DNA from: Candidatus Obscuribacteraceae bacterium
GTDB taxonomy: Bacteria > Cyanobacteriota > Vampirovibrionia > Obscuribacterales > Obscuribacteraceae
Assembly (NCBI GenBank): GCA_044229845.1
Contig: JBGASG010000013.1
Span: 31,849-95,848, forward strand
Length of the DNA: 64,000 bases
Reading direction: 5' to 3'
Within the stretch, counting starts at the first letter, position 1. Each line of letters starts with the position of its first letter. The position numbers were made by a program, and so were the translations under genes. Below are positions 27,698 through 37,257 of the stretch, piece by piece. The notes under the pieces were generated by a model. It was not told the DNA's origin and searched no databases. It saw nothing but the letters and a program-made list of their open reading frames with translations.

Positions 27698-28705
27698 TCA
27701 GATAGGGTAAGCCGCCGGTTCCATGGCCGGCATGTGGAAGTTCTGAGTATAGGCATAGTCGGGGATCCAGCGCTTCTGCCAGTCCGAGGGGGGCGAGATC
27801 ATGCTGACGCCGTTGGCCAGTTCCACAACTTTGCGACCGCCGACCGTGTAGCCGACATTGCCCTTCTGATCTACTTTGAGGTCCAGTTCCGGGTAGGGCG
27901 TCGCTTTGCCGCTGGCTTCTGTAAACACCCATGTCTTGCCACCATCCTCGGTGGCCCAGCTCGTGCCGTCAATGTTCTTGATTCCGACCAGGGCTCCCTT
28001 TTGGTAATTGAACTCGCGCAGCGCCGTGCCGCCGAAATCGGTAACTCTACTGATCAACGATCCGTCCTTCTCCACCTGCGCCCAGTTAGCCCGCGTGTTC
28101 CAGTCCGATCGATGCCAGAAAGAGATGGCAGTATGCTCGTCCGGAGTCAAGGTGACCCGGGCGCCAATCGAGGGATTGTCGAAGGAAATGTTGCCGTGAC
28201 TGTCCACCATCAACCACTCCATCGCCGTCGGCGAGAGGTTGTTGTACAAGTCTTTGAATTGCCACTTTCCTTGTGAGTTGACTACATAAGAGCCATTAGG
28301 CAGGACCACTTCATTGAGGTTGCCGTTGCTGTCATATTTGAAGCGCCGCACATCGTGGCCGCTCGTGTCTTTGACGGCCCGAATACGGCCGTTGTTTGAC
28401 GAATCGGTGTCGGCGAAATACTCATTTGAATACATGTGGTTGGCGACGCTGTCGAGTTCGCCGTCGATGTTGCGACTCTTGTCGCCACCGATCGCTTTGC
28501 CTGGGCCTTCGTTGCTGCCATCGGCTTCTTTTTCCTCGTCGTCGTGATGAAAGAGCTCTTTCAGCTTGTGCCATTCATCACTCACGAATTCAGCGAGTCT
28601 TTGCAACGGGCATTCGTGCTGTCCGTTGACCAGAGTTGCGGTACTGTCCGCAACACCACCTACGGTGTTGTCCGCCATTCCATCACCTTGCCCTAACCTA
28701 GCCAC
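27698..28705 (-). CDS. Hypothetical protein with YD/RHS-like beta repeats
   Basis: RRFKYDSNGNLNEVVLPNGS and REFNYQKGALVGIKNIDGTSW segments. Confidence 0.6.
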   Translation of the reverse strand: MARLGQGDGMADNTVGGVADSTATLVNGQHECPLQRLAEFVSDEWHKLKELFHHDDEEKEADGSNEGPGKAIGGDKSRNIDGELDSVANHMYSNEYFADTDSSNNGRIRAVKDTSGHDVRRFKYDSNGNLNEVVLPNGSYVVNSQGKWQFKDLYNNLSPTAMEWLMVDSHGNISFDNPSIGARVTLTPDEHTAISFWHRSDWNTRANWAQVEKDGSLISRVTDFGGTALREFNYQKGALVGIKNIDGTSWATEDGGKTWVFTEASGKATPYPELDLKVDQKGNVGYTVGGRKVVELANGVSMISPPSDWQKRWIPDYAYTQNFHMPAMEPAAYPI

Positions 28706-28771
28706 GGGGATCGCTACAACGGTATATAGGCAAGGAGAAACTTTTTTGGACGCGCTCAGATTAAACTCTGC

Positions 28772-30457
28772 CTAAAGGCGCGAAACATCCTCGAACAAGG
28801 ACCGGGCGAAATCAATGCTGGCTTGCCCCTGCTGATCGCCACCGGCCATGGCGGCCACCGCTTTCACCCTCTCTTCGCTATCCAGAACCTGGCAAGCAAT
28901 TGCTGTTTTGGTGCGCGTTTGTTCCTTGCGTACCTCTATATGATGATCGGCCACGGACGCAATGATCGGCTGGTGAGTGATGCAGAGTATCTGGTGCGAT
29001 CCGGCCAGTTGAGCCAGTTTCTCCCGCATGGTTTTCAGCAATCGACCGCTCAAGCCTGTGTCGATTTCGTCAAACACCACTGTATGCACCCGGTCGGCCT
29101 GGGCAAAAATCGTCTTCACCGCCAGCATCACTCGCGACAGTTCGCCGCCGGAGGCGATCTTGGCCAGCGGCGCCAGCGGCTGTCCGGGATTGGGGGCAAT
29201 CAGCAGCTCGACTCGATCGCTGCCGGCCGGGCTCAATCCGGCTTCGCTGGTGACTGAGACACTGAACTGGCAGTGAGTCATACCGAGGTCTATCAGTTCG
29301 GCAAGAATGCGTTTGCTGACTTTTTCGGCCAGCGAGGTTCGTTTCTGAGAGAGCGCCCCGGCCTCTTTGAGCAGTTCCTTTTCCACGTCGGCATGCTCCG
29401 CTGCCAGCTCCGCAATTGTTTCATCCGCAGAGCTCAGCCGCTCAATCTCCTCGGTCAAGTCAGCCTGGCGGTCGATTGCCTCTTGCAAGGTGGGTCCATA
29501 CTTACGCTTAATGGCAGACAGCTGCCCGGCCCTCTCCTCCAGTTGCCCGAGCTGTTCGGGATCGCTTTCGATGCGCTCGCGATAACGACGCAACTCCCTC
29601 TGACAATCGGCAAGAGCATCGATTGAAGAAGCCAGCGTGTCTTTGACCGGGTCAAGGGTTTCGTCGAACTCGCAGGCTTTTTGCACGTCGACCAGGGCCG
29701 ACTGCACCAGGTCGAGTGCACCGCTGCCAGTATCATGATCGCCGCCGGCGATGGCCGTCTGCGCCTGCAAAACCAGCTGCTCGAGATCGACGGCATTAGC
29801 CAGCAAACGGCAGTGGGCGCTGATCACAACGTCCTCATCGGCAGCGGTGAGGCGGGCTTCCGCCAGTTCAGCCAACTGAAACCGGGCGAAGTCGAGTCGT
29901 CGCGTGCGCTCCTCCGATGAAAGCGTCAGCGTCTCCAGTTGTGTTTCCAGCTGGCGGAAGCGGACATAAAGAGTGCGCACTTTTTGCAATAGCTTTTTGT
30001 GCTCGCCGTCACCCAGTCCATCCAGAAGTTCTAGCTGCGCCTGAGGCGACATCAGCGTTCGGGCCTCATGCTGAGCATGCATCGTCAATAATCTGGAGCG
30101 CACTTCCTGCACCAGGGATATATTCACCAGCGTGCCGTTGATGCGACACTTGCTACCGGATTTGGTGACCTCGCGAGAAAGAATCAATCCATCGAACGTG
30201 TCGTCGCCCAGTTCATTTTGTTTCAACCAGGCAGCCACATCCGGGGTGAGCGCGAACGTCGCCTCGACATTGGCTTTTTCGGCGCCATTGCGGATTACGG
30301 ACGATCCCACTTTGCCGCCGAGCACCACATTTAATGCGTCGATGATGATCGATTTTCCGGCTCCGGTCTCTCCCGTGAGCACGTTAAAACCCAACCCGAA
30401 AGACACGCGAACCCGCTCTATGAGCGCAAAGTCACGGATTTCTAGCTCTTGCAGCAC
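28772..30457 (-). CDS. recN: DNA repair protein RecN
   Basis: LTGETGAGKSI, ASGGELSRVMLA, FDEIDTG, CITHQP. Confidence 0.97.
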   Translation of the reverse strand: MLQELEIRDFALIERVRVSFGLGFNVLTGETGAGKSIIIDALNVVLGGKVGSSVIRNGAEKANVEATFALTPDVAAWLKQNELGDDTFDGLILSREVTKSGSKCRINGTLVNISLVQEVRSRLLTMHAQHEARTLMSPQAQLELLDGLGDGEHKKLLQKVRTLYVRFRQLETQLETLTLSSEERTRRLDFARFQLAELAEARLTAADEDVVISAHCRLLANAVDLEQLVLQAQTAIAGGDHDTGSGALDLVQSALVDVQKACEFDETLDPVKDTLASSIDALADCQRELRRYRERIESDPEQLGQLEERAGQLSAIKRKYGPTLQEAIDRQADLTEEIERLSSADETIAELAAEHADVEKELLKEAGALSQKRTSLAEKVSKRILAELIDLGMTHCQFSVSVTSEAGLSPAGSDRVELLIAPNPGQPLAPLAKIASGGELSRVMLAVKTIFAQADRVHTVVFDEIDTGLSGRLLKTMREKLAQLAGSHQILCITHQPIIASVADHHIEVRKEQTRTKTAIACQVLDSEERVKAVAAMAGGDQQGQASIDFARSLFEDVSRL

Positions 30458-30590
30458 AGTGATAAAAGACCCCCAACAGGGTCAATCATAACTGAAAAAC
30501 GATCGGCGGCAACAGGCAAATACTTGCGGTCTTGAGGGTTAGCGGATAGAGTAGAAGTAAGCAGCTGCCAAGAGGTCCCTTAGCCGCGCC

Positions 30591-30965
30591 ATGACTTCGT
30601 CTTTACGGGAACACCAGGAGCACTACCGCGCGCACCATCGCACGGTTGGATGCAAGCTCACACACCTCTTCGGCGTGCCCATGATCGCGCTTTCGATCCC
30701 AGCGCTTCTCTTCAATCGCAAGCTTTCCGCCTCGCTTTTTTTCACCGGCTGGGCCCTGCAGTTCATCGGTCACTTCGTGTTCGAAAAAAACAAGCCGATG
30801 CTGTTCAAAGATCCGAAAGATCCACTTACTTATTGCTCGGCACTAATCTTTGTCACGCAAGAGTGGCTCAGTCTGTTGAATGGCGGGCGTCTCACCGGCG
30901 ATGACAGTCAGGTCAGTGCGGTGACTCATTTGCGTCCACGCCGCCGTCGCACTGGCAGCGTCTGA
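30591..30965 (+). CDS. DUF962/Mpo1-like membrane protein
   Basis: YRAHH..THLFGVP, GWALQFIGHFVFEKNKP. Confidence 0.85.
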   Translation: MTSSLREHQEHYRAHHRTVGCKLTHLFGVPMIALSIPALLFNRKLSASLFFTGWALQFIGHFVFEKNKPMLFKDPKDPLTYCSALIFVTQEWLSLLNGGRLTGDDSQVSAVTHLRPRRRRTGSV

Positions 30966-31001
30966 CCCAATTTTTCAACAATCATGCGCTAACATAGCGA
31001 A

Positions 31002-31490
31002 ATGACGAATTTCTGGTGGGCGCTCTATATCGTAGTTTGCCTGGGATGCACGGTACCACTGATCGGGATTGCTCAGGAGAGTGAGCACTGGCGCAAAGTG
31101 CAGGGTGCCTGCATCGACAACACAACCGAAAAACGGACAATCGTCTTCGAGGTCGGCTCCAAAGACTATAAAACCTCCAACGAATCTGTCATCGATGTGT
31201 TGGGACAGCGCTTTGGAATCGACTTCCATTTTCGTCCCGGGCAAATGAAAGAGGTGATCAACGGGATCGACCCGCAGATCGGACAGCGCGTCGAACTGTA
31301 CTACGACCCGCAAAATCCCTGGCAGGCAGTGGTTATGAAAGGCTGGTCGATGCCCGTCATTATCTTCATGCTGGTCACCCTGCTGCCTCTGTTGATCAGA
31401 TGCGTCGCGCATTTCGGTATGAGCTGGAATCCGCGTGCGTACGGGAACGGGTACGATCCCATAGCCAACGACAGCATCGATATCTTTTAG
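31002..31490 (+). CDS. DUF3592-like membrane protein
   Basis: N- and C-terminal TMs; W.KVQG; GQRVELYYDPQNP..AV. Confidence 0.7.
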   Translation: MTNFWWALYIVVCLGCTVPLIGIAQESEHWRKVQGACIDNTTEKRTIVFEVGSKDYKTSNESVIDVLGQRFGIDFHFRPGQMKEVINGIDPQIGQRVELYYDPQNPWQAVVMKGWSMPVIIFMLVTLLPLLIRCVAHFGMSWNPRAYGNGYDPIANDSIDIF

Positions 31491-31530
31491 CCGGACTGCA
31501 CCATGCGTGGTATCAGATGCAAAGCCGCAA

Positions 31531-32601
31531 TCAGACAGCCGGAACTGGCTGCAACGCCTGAATGCTCACCTGCGCAGCCAGTTGTTTGGCCACTTGTAAG
31601 AAAGCCGTCGAAACCGGATGATCAGGGTTGACTGCCGTGATCGGCTTGCCCGAGTCACCGCCCTGACGGATTGAAACATCGATGGGAATGGCTCCCAAGA
31701 ATGGCACAGCCAGTTCCTTGGCCAGCTCCTTGCCACCACCGGTGGAGAAGATATCGGTGCGCTCTTCACAGTGCGGGCACTGGAAGAAACTCATATTTTC
31801 AACGAAACCAAGCACCGGCACCTGCATTTGTTGGAACATGGCCAGTCCGCGGCGGCCGTCCAGCAGCGCCACATCTTGCGGTGTGGTAACAATTACCCCA
31901 CCGGAAAGATTGGTTGCCTGCACCATACTCAACTGTGCGTCACCCGTGCCTGGCGGCATGTCGACAACCAGGTAGTCCAATTCGCCCCATTCAACATCGC
32001 GAAGAAACTGGCGAATCGCCTTGTCCAGCATCGGTCCACGCCAAACGACTGGAGTGTCTTTGGGAACGAAGAAAGCCATGGAGATCACTTTCACTCCATA
32101 GTTTTCCGCCGGCAAGATCTTGTTATCCCGAGCTGCCGGCTGGTAATCAGGCACACCCATCATGAGCGGCGTATTAGGACCTGTGATGTCGGCATCGAGG
32201 ATGCCCACTTTCGCTCCCAGCTGACTGAGGGCTACAGCCAGGTTGACCGAAACTGTTGTTTTGCCGACCCCACCTTTACCCGAGGTAACGGCGATAATGT
32301 TTTTGATGCCCGGTATTTCTTCGCGGCCGGCGATCTTGCCGCGCGCGGCGACGGCTGCTGTCGACTCCATTTCGACTTCCGTGACGCCGGGAATCTTGCT
32401 GACGTTGTCACGGCATTCTTGCTCGATCTTTTCTTTGACCGGGCAGGCGGGCGTAGTCAGCGTCAGCTTGAAGAAAACCTTCGAGCCCGTGATCTTCACA
32501 TCGGAAATCATGCCCAGGGTGACGACGTCGACGTGCAGGTCCGGGTCCATCACCTTGGAAAGCTCGGCCATCACCTGTTCGGTCGTTACTTTGTTCGCCA
32601 T
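31531..32601 (-). CDS. mrp: Mrp/ApbC Fe-S cluster carrier ATPase with N-terminal DUF59
   Basis: LTTPACP, SGKGGVGKTT, WRGPM, DMPPGTGD, VTTPQ, ENMS..CPHC. Confidence 0.95.
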   Translation of the reverse strand: MANKVTTEQVMAELSKVMDPDLHVDVVTLGMISDVKITGSKVFFKLTLTTPACPVKEKIEQECRDNVSKIPGVTEVEMESTAAVAARGKIAGREEIPGIKNIIAVTSGKGGVGKTTVSVNLAVALSQLGAKVGILDADITGPNTPLMMGVPDYQPAARDNKILPAENYGVKVISMAFFVPKDTPVVWRGPMLDKAIRQFLRDVEWGELDYLVVDMPPGTGDAQLSMVQATNLSGGVIVTTPQDVALLDGRRGLAMFQQMQVPVLGFVENMSFFQCPHCEERTDIFSTGGGKELAKELAVPFLGAIPIDVSIRQGGDSGKPITAVNPDHPVSTAFLQVAKQLAAQVSIQALQPVPAV

Positions 32602-32745
32602 AGTTCAATCGCCCTGCAAAAAGTTCCCATACGGTACCAAAATCGGGGCGAGCCCGCCAGAATTCGGCCCATTGACATGATACGAGCAATACAATCGCTG
32701 CTCTCATTTACTAAGCAAATATTCCAATCAGTGCCCGAGTGCGTG

Positions 32746-32800
32746 CCGAATCAGGGCTGAATCAGTGCTGAATCAGTGCTGAATCAGTGATGAGTCAGTG
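32746..32800. repeat. 11-bp tandem repeat (CTGAATCAGTG), 3 perfect and 2 degenerate copies
   Basis: ccgaatcaggg ctgaatcagtg ctgaatcagtg ctgaatcagtg atgagtcagtg. Confidence 0.9.
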
Positions 32801-34423
32801 ATGCAGCCTGTCCAGATTGGCAGCAGCCACGCGGGTGTACGGGTGGTCTTGACCAAGCACCTTTTCGCGCGATTCCAGTACGGCCTTTAAAAGCGGCTCA
32901 GCCAGCGTCGGCTTGTTTTCCTGTAAATAAAGCAGAGCCAGCCCTTCCCGGGTGGACGCCAGCGCCGGATGATCGGCGCGCAAGACCTTTTCTTGAATCG
33001 CCAGAGCCGCGTTGTAATCAGCCAGCGCTTTATCCAGATGCCCCCGGGCTCTCTGCAACTCAGCCGAGTTGAAGTAAGTGAGGGCCAGGTCAGGATGAGT
33101 GCCACTAAGGGCGGTGCGACGATAAGCGAGCACGGAATCGACCATCTGCTCTGCTTCGGACAGACGACCTTTGATTCTATACGCGGACGCCAGAGCATTT
33201 TTCGCCGTCGCCACATCCGGATGATCGGGACCGAACGCCTTTTCACTGACGTAAACAGCCCGCTCCAGGTAGGGTATGGCCGCATCGACTTTGCCCTGCT
33301 CGCGGTTAAGTTCACCCAAACCGATCAAACATTTGGAAACCAGAGGGTGCTCTTTATCCAGCACCGATTCGCGAATCTGCAAGCTCTGTGTGTAGAGTTT
33401 ATTGGCTTCCGCATAACGACCGAGATCACGATAAAGACCCGCCAGACTGTTCATGTCAGTGGCGGTATCGGGATGCTCGGTGCCGAGCACCTGGCTATCG
33501 ATGTTGAGAGCGCGCTCGTAGAGTGGCTCCGCTTCCGACAAGCGACCTTCCTCACGATAGAGACTGGCGATGTTGCCGAGGATGGTGGCAATCTCGGGAG
33601 AATCGGGACCGGACGATTCTTTCTTAATCGCCAGCGCCTGCTCATAGTATTGCTCCGATTCCGGGTACCTGCCTTCATCGCGATAGAGCCTGGCCAGCCC
33701 GTTGAACAATGTGGCGCGATTGGGATGGTACTTCCATTTGAACTTGGTTTCCCAGATCGAGATCGCCTGCTTATAGGTCTGCTCGGATAACTCGTACTTT
33801 CCTTCCTCTCTATATAAAGTGGCAAGATTATTCAGACTCATGGGGTAGCCTTCGTTCTTTTCCCCGAGGTGAATCCTGGCTACGTCGCAAAGCTGCACAT
33901 AGATAGGTTGAGCAAGTTTGTATTTGCCGGTGACTCGGTAAGTTTCGCCGAGATTGTTCAGACATGCGGCGAAACGCGGGTCGTTCTCACCGGCTCCGAA
34001 TTGTTTGACTTCACGAAAGGCCGCATTGAACATCTCTTCGGCCGCAGCGTACTGTCCTTTCTTGTAAGCCTCCCGCCCAGCGCCCATGTACGTGTAGTAA
34101 GGAATGGTGTTGGCAATTACAAACACGGCCCAGAGTGTCGCGCCAACGTAAACACCGCGGCGGTAGTTGCGCATTTGCGGACTGAAGAGCAGAAAACGGC
34201 TCCAGCGCCGCGTCTCAAGCATAAGACGCTGCGCCAGCTCACGGCGGCGTTCCGCACGATCTACTTCCGGTTCCGGCTGGGACTGCCTCTGCACAACCTG
34301 AGTGTTATGCTCGGCGCCTCCGTCGGACTGCCCCTCAGAAGAGGCGGCTGCATCCGACTCCGCCTCTGCGGCAGCTTCGTCTGATTGAAGAGCATTGTCC
34401 GGCTCGGAATGCATGATTTTCAC
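32795..34423 (-). CDS. Membrane-anchored TPR protein (kinesin light chain-type ~42-aa repeats)
   Basis: TM VGATLWAVFVIA; repeated LNNLA.LY..EG.Y..AE..Y..AL...E..LG..HP. Confidence 0.9.
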   Translation of the reverse strand: MKIMHSEPDNALQSDEAAAEAESDAAASSEGQSDGGAEHNTQVVQRQSQPEPEVDRAERRRELAQRLMLETRRWSRFLLFSPQMRNYRRGVYVGATLWAVFVIANTIPYYTYMGAGREAYKKGQYAAAEEMFNAAFREVKQFGAGENDPRFAACLNNLGETYRVTGKYKLAQPIYVQLCDVARIHLGEKNEGYPMSLNNLATLYREEGKYELSEQTYKQAISIWETKFKWKYHPNRATLFNGLARLYRDEGRYPESEQYYEQALAIKKESSGPDSPEIATILGNIASLYREEGRLSEAEPLYERALNIDSQVLGTEHPDTATDMNSLAGLYRDLGRYAEANKLYTQSLQIRESVLDKEHPLVSKCLIGLGELNREQGKVDAAIPYLERAVYVSEKAFGPDHPDVATAKNALASAYRIKGRLSEAEQMVDSVLAYRRTALSGTHPDLALTYFNSAELQRARGHLDKALADYNAALAIQEKVLRADHPALASTREGLALLYLQENKPTLAEPLLKAVLESREKVLGQDHPYTRVAAANLDRLHH

Positions 34424-34574
34424 CGCTACCTCGGCGCGGAAGTTGGTTTCAATGATTTATGCGCGTAGTAAATGGGCGTTTAGTTCACGAAGCCCAGCTT
34501 ATTTACCCGGCAAGCCAATGTCAAGCGGGGTATTGGTGTAGATTGTCCCGCAAAAAACCTACCCGGGACAGGAA

Positions 34575-35273
34575 ATGGCCAGCAAAACCATCACAGTGAA
34601 CGCTCCGGACGGCGGCAAATTCGACTGCTACGTCTCGGCCCCGACCGGTGACGCGCCCGCCGTGCTTGTGATTCAGGAAATATTTGGCGTCAACCAGGGT
34701 CTGCGGCAGACCGCCGATTGGTTGGCTGACAACGGCTTTCTGGCAGTCGCCCCGGATCTGTTCTATCGGCAGGAACCAGGAGTTCAACTCACCGACCAAA
34801 CAGATGAGGAGTGGCAAAAAGCTTTCAGACTTTATGCCGGCTTTGATGAGAATTTGGGCGCTGAGGACCTCAAGGCTTGCTTGACCGCCACTCGCAAAAT
34901 GCCCGAATGCACCGGCAAAGTAGGCACTCTGGGTTTTTGCCTGGGCGGCAAGCTCGCCTATCTCATGTCCGTGCGCTCAAATGCCGAATGCAATGTCAGC
35001 TATTACGGTGTGGGCATCGAAAAAAATCTTGCAGAAGCAACCAACCTCAACGGTCACTTACTGCTGCATATCGCTGAGGACGACCAGTACGTGCCTCCGT
35101 CAGCGCAGAAAGAAATTCAAACCGCGCTGGGCAAAAATCCGAGAGCGACAATTTACGCGTATCAGGGTCAAGACCATGCTTTCGGAAGGGTCGGCGGCGC
35201 ACACTACAATCGCGACGCAGCTGAGCTTGCCAACGCCCGCAGTCTGGAGTTTCTTCGCAAGCATCTGCGGTAG
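34575..35273 (+). CDS. Dienelactone hydrolase family protein
   Basis: QEIFGVN, APDLF, GFCLGG (Cys nucleophile), HAF. Confidence 0.93.
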   Translation: MASKTITVNAPDGGKFDCYVSAPTGDAPAVLVIQEIFGVNQGLRQTADWLADNGFLAVAPDLFYRQEPGVQLTDQTDEEWQKAFRLYAGFDENLGAEDLKACLTATRKMPECTGKVGTLGFCLGGKLAYLMSVRSNAECNVSYYGVGIEKNLAEATNLNGHLLLHIAEDDQYVPPSAQKEIQTALGKNPRATIYAYQGQDHAFGRVGGAHYNRDAAELANARSLEFLRKHLR

Positions 35274-35421
35274 CGAAGACACCACTGAGCACCAAAAGCG
35301 GTGCCGCGTGTAACGTATTCGATAAGCCTCACCCCAAACTTCTCACAATTGTGGGCAGTCTCAGCAAGACGTGTAAATATGATTGAAAGTACCGGAACAC
35401 AACCATGGAGATCTTTCAGCG

Positions 35422-35715
35422 ATGCTGACACTGAACCGCTGGGGACTGATCTTAGAGTGCAAAGAAAATGGCCGACAGTTTGCCAGCCTGGCTGAAGAGG
35501 CAATCATGCGCCGAGATTACGTGGAAGCAGAAACGCTCTGCCGGCTGGGGATACAGCTGCTCGAACCGTTGTTGGGACCCGAACATCTCGATGTCGGCAT
35601 CATTACTCACTATCTCGCCGTGGCGCTGGAAGAACAAGGAAAAGTGGCTGAGGCTCTGGCTCTGCTGAACAAAACCGGTCGCATAATCGCGTGCCAGGCT
35701 ACTCAGCAAAATTGA
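35422..35715 (+). CDS. Small TPR protein
   Basis: DYVEAETL..LGPEHLDVG..LAVALEEQGKVAEA. Confidence 0.65.
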   Translation: MLTLNRWGLILECKENGRQFASLAEEAIMRRDYVEAETLCRLGIQLLEPLLGPEHLDVGIITHYLAVALEEQGKVAEALALLNKTGRIIACQATQQN

Positions 35716-35722
35716 ACCTCAG

Positions 35723-35926
35723 CTAGGCAGCGCGATCCCAGGGGTCCCATTGCGTCCGCCGGCATTCGACCTCATTGTTGAGTTCCACAAGCTCGCGCAC
35801 CAGCCGGGCGATATACAAAATATCTTCTTCAGATACAGTCGCTTCGATCATCCTGCCGTTGAGCGCGCGCAGCAATTGCATATACGAAACGCTATCCGGA
35901 ACCCCGCTGTTATACATGATGAGCAT
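35723..35926 (-). CDS. Small hypothetical protein
   Basis: ATG preceded by AAGGA; helical, protein-like composition. Confidence 0.4.
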   Translation of the reverse strand: MLIMYNSGVPDSVSYMQLLRALNGRMIEATVSEEDILYIARLVRELVELNNEVECRRTQWDPWDRAA

Positions 35927-36190
35927 CCTTTCGTTATATCCACAAGTCGCACTTTGCCCTTCCGGAGGGCATTGACGCCGGGCAGACTATTTCGTTCCAT
36001 TTGGAAATCGGCTGATGATGCGGCTCAGCGACGGATCGGCTCAGCTAGATTTGCCGATTTAATCGCTGATTTAAAGATCCGATGAGAAAAACTTTGTATG
36101 ATTCCTCTCTAACGACGCCTTTATTTCGAATGCATATGTCACCGCCGGCAGCGCACACAGCGCGCCTCTTTGTGATGGAGACCCACTCGC

Positions 36191-36523
36191 ATGGTAGCCC
36201 TAGTTTCTGAGTCAGTAACCACTCCCGCTTCTCGAAAAGCAGTCATCGAAGACTTGCTTGAATACGGGCATACATGCCGGCAGGAAAACCGTCTTGCCGC
36301 TGCAGAACAGTGCTTTGAAGAGGCGCTGCTGGCGCTGGAAAAAACATCGGGCGGCAGCAAAGAGCTGCAAGCCTACACGCTGCGAAATCTGGCCCGAGTC
36401 TGTAAAATGCAGGGCAAACTGGCAGAGTCTTCTTTGCTGGAAGATCGCGCCGATCGGCTTGGCGATGATGCCACACCGCTGGGCGGTTCTAGCGGATTCT
36501 GGGCACTCCTGGGAGTTAACTAG
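36191..36523 (+). CDS. Small TPR protein
   Basis: AAEQCFEEALLALE..AYTLRNLARVCKMQGKLAES. Confidence 0.65.
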   Translation: MVALVSESVTTPASRKAVIEDLLEYGHTCRQENRLAAAEQCFEEALLALEKTSGGSKELQAYTLRNLARVCKMQGKLAESSLLEDRADRLGDDATPLGGSSGFWALLGVN

Positions 36524-36534
36524 GCATTCATTCG

Positions 36535-37203
36535 ATGTTCACCAAATACGGTATCACAGCCGCCGCCCTGATCGGCTGCTTGTCCTCGCCTTCGGCCATG
36601 GCGTTTCCGGCTTCGGAAGCCAAATTGCATCCGGAAGAAGAGAAGCAATATTCAGCGCCGGTAGGGCTGGCCTTCAGCCACACCGCTGCCTACAAGAAGG
36701 AGTTTCGGTCAGCGATTGCCGATGCCCGTAAGGCGGCGAGCAAATTCGTCGGACAGCCAAACGTGGCAATCGTCTTCGACATCGATGAAACCTTGATCGA
36801 TAACCGGGGCTTTTTCGAGACTCACGAGAAATTCACCTGGACCGAGTTCAATAAATGGATCGAGGAAGCAAAAGCACCGGCACTTAAAGAAAGCGCCGCA
36901 TTCCTCTCATGGGCTCGCAAAAACGGCTTCGCCATATTTCTGATCACCGGGCGCATGGAAAAAGACCGCCGCGGTACGATCAAAAACCTCGTCAGAACAG
37001 GCATTGCCTACGACGGACTCTACATGCGCCCCAACGGCGATGAGAGTTCGGCCGCCCAATCAATCAAGACTCCGCACCGGGAAGCCATCGAGAAAATGGG
37101 TTTCAAAATCGTCGTCAACATCGGCGACCAGTGGTCAGACCTGACCGGCGGACACGCCGAAGACTGTGAAAAGTTACCTAACAAGATGTATTACGTGGAC
37201 TGA
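36535..37203 (+). CDS. Secreted HAD subfamily IIIB acid phosphatase
   Basis: Signal peptide; FDIDETL, ITGR, NIGDQWSDL, KLPNKMYY. Confidence 0.9.
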   Translation: MFTKYGITAAALIGCLSSPSAMAFPASEAKLHPEEEKQYSAPVGLAFSHTAAYKKEFRSAIADARKAASKFVGQPNVAIVFDIDETLIDNRGFFETHEKFTWTEFNKWIEEAKAPALKESAAFLSWARKNGFAIFLITGRMEKDRRGTIKNLVRTGIAYDGLYMRPNGDESSAAQSIKTPHREAIEKMGFKIVVNIGDQWSDLTGGHAEDCEKLPNKMYYVD

Positions 37204-37257
37204 GACCCTTTTTGGGGTACTGAATTGATGTAAGGCTGTCGCCTCCGCTCAAGGCCC

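Noticed and set aside
26911..28705. Genomic island or prophage integrated at tRNA-Gln
   Set aside because: No integrase and no duplicated tRNA 3' end seen; rplY follows the tRNA directly.
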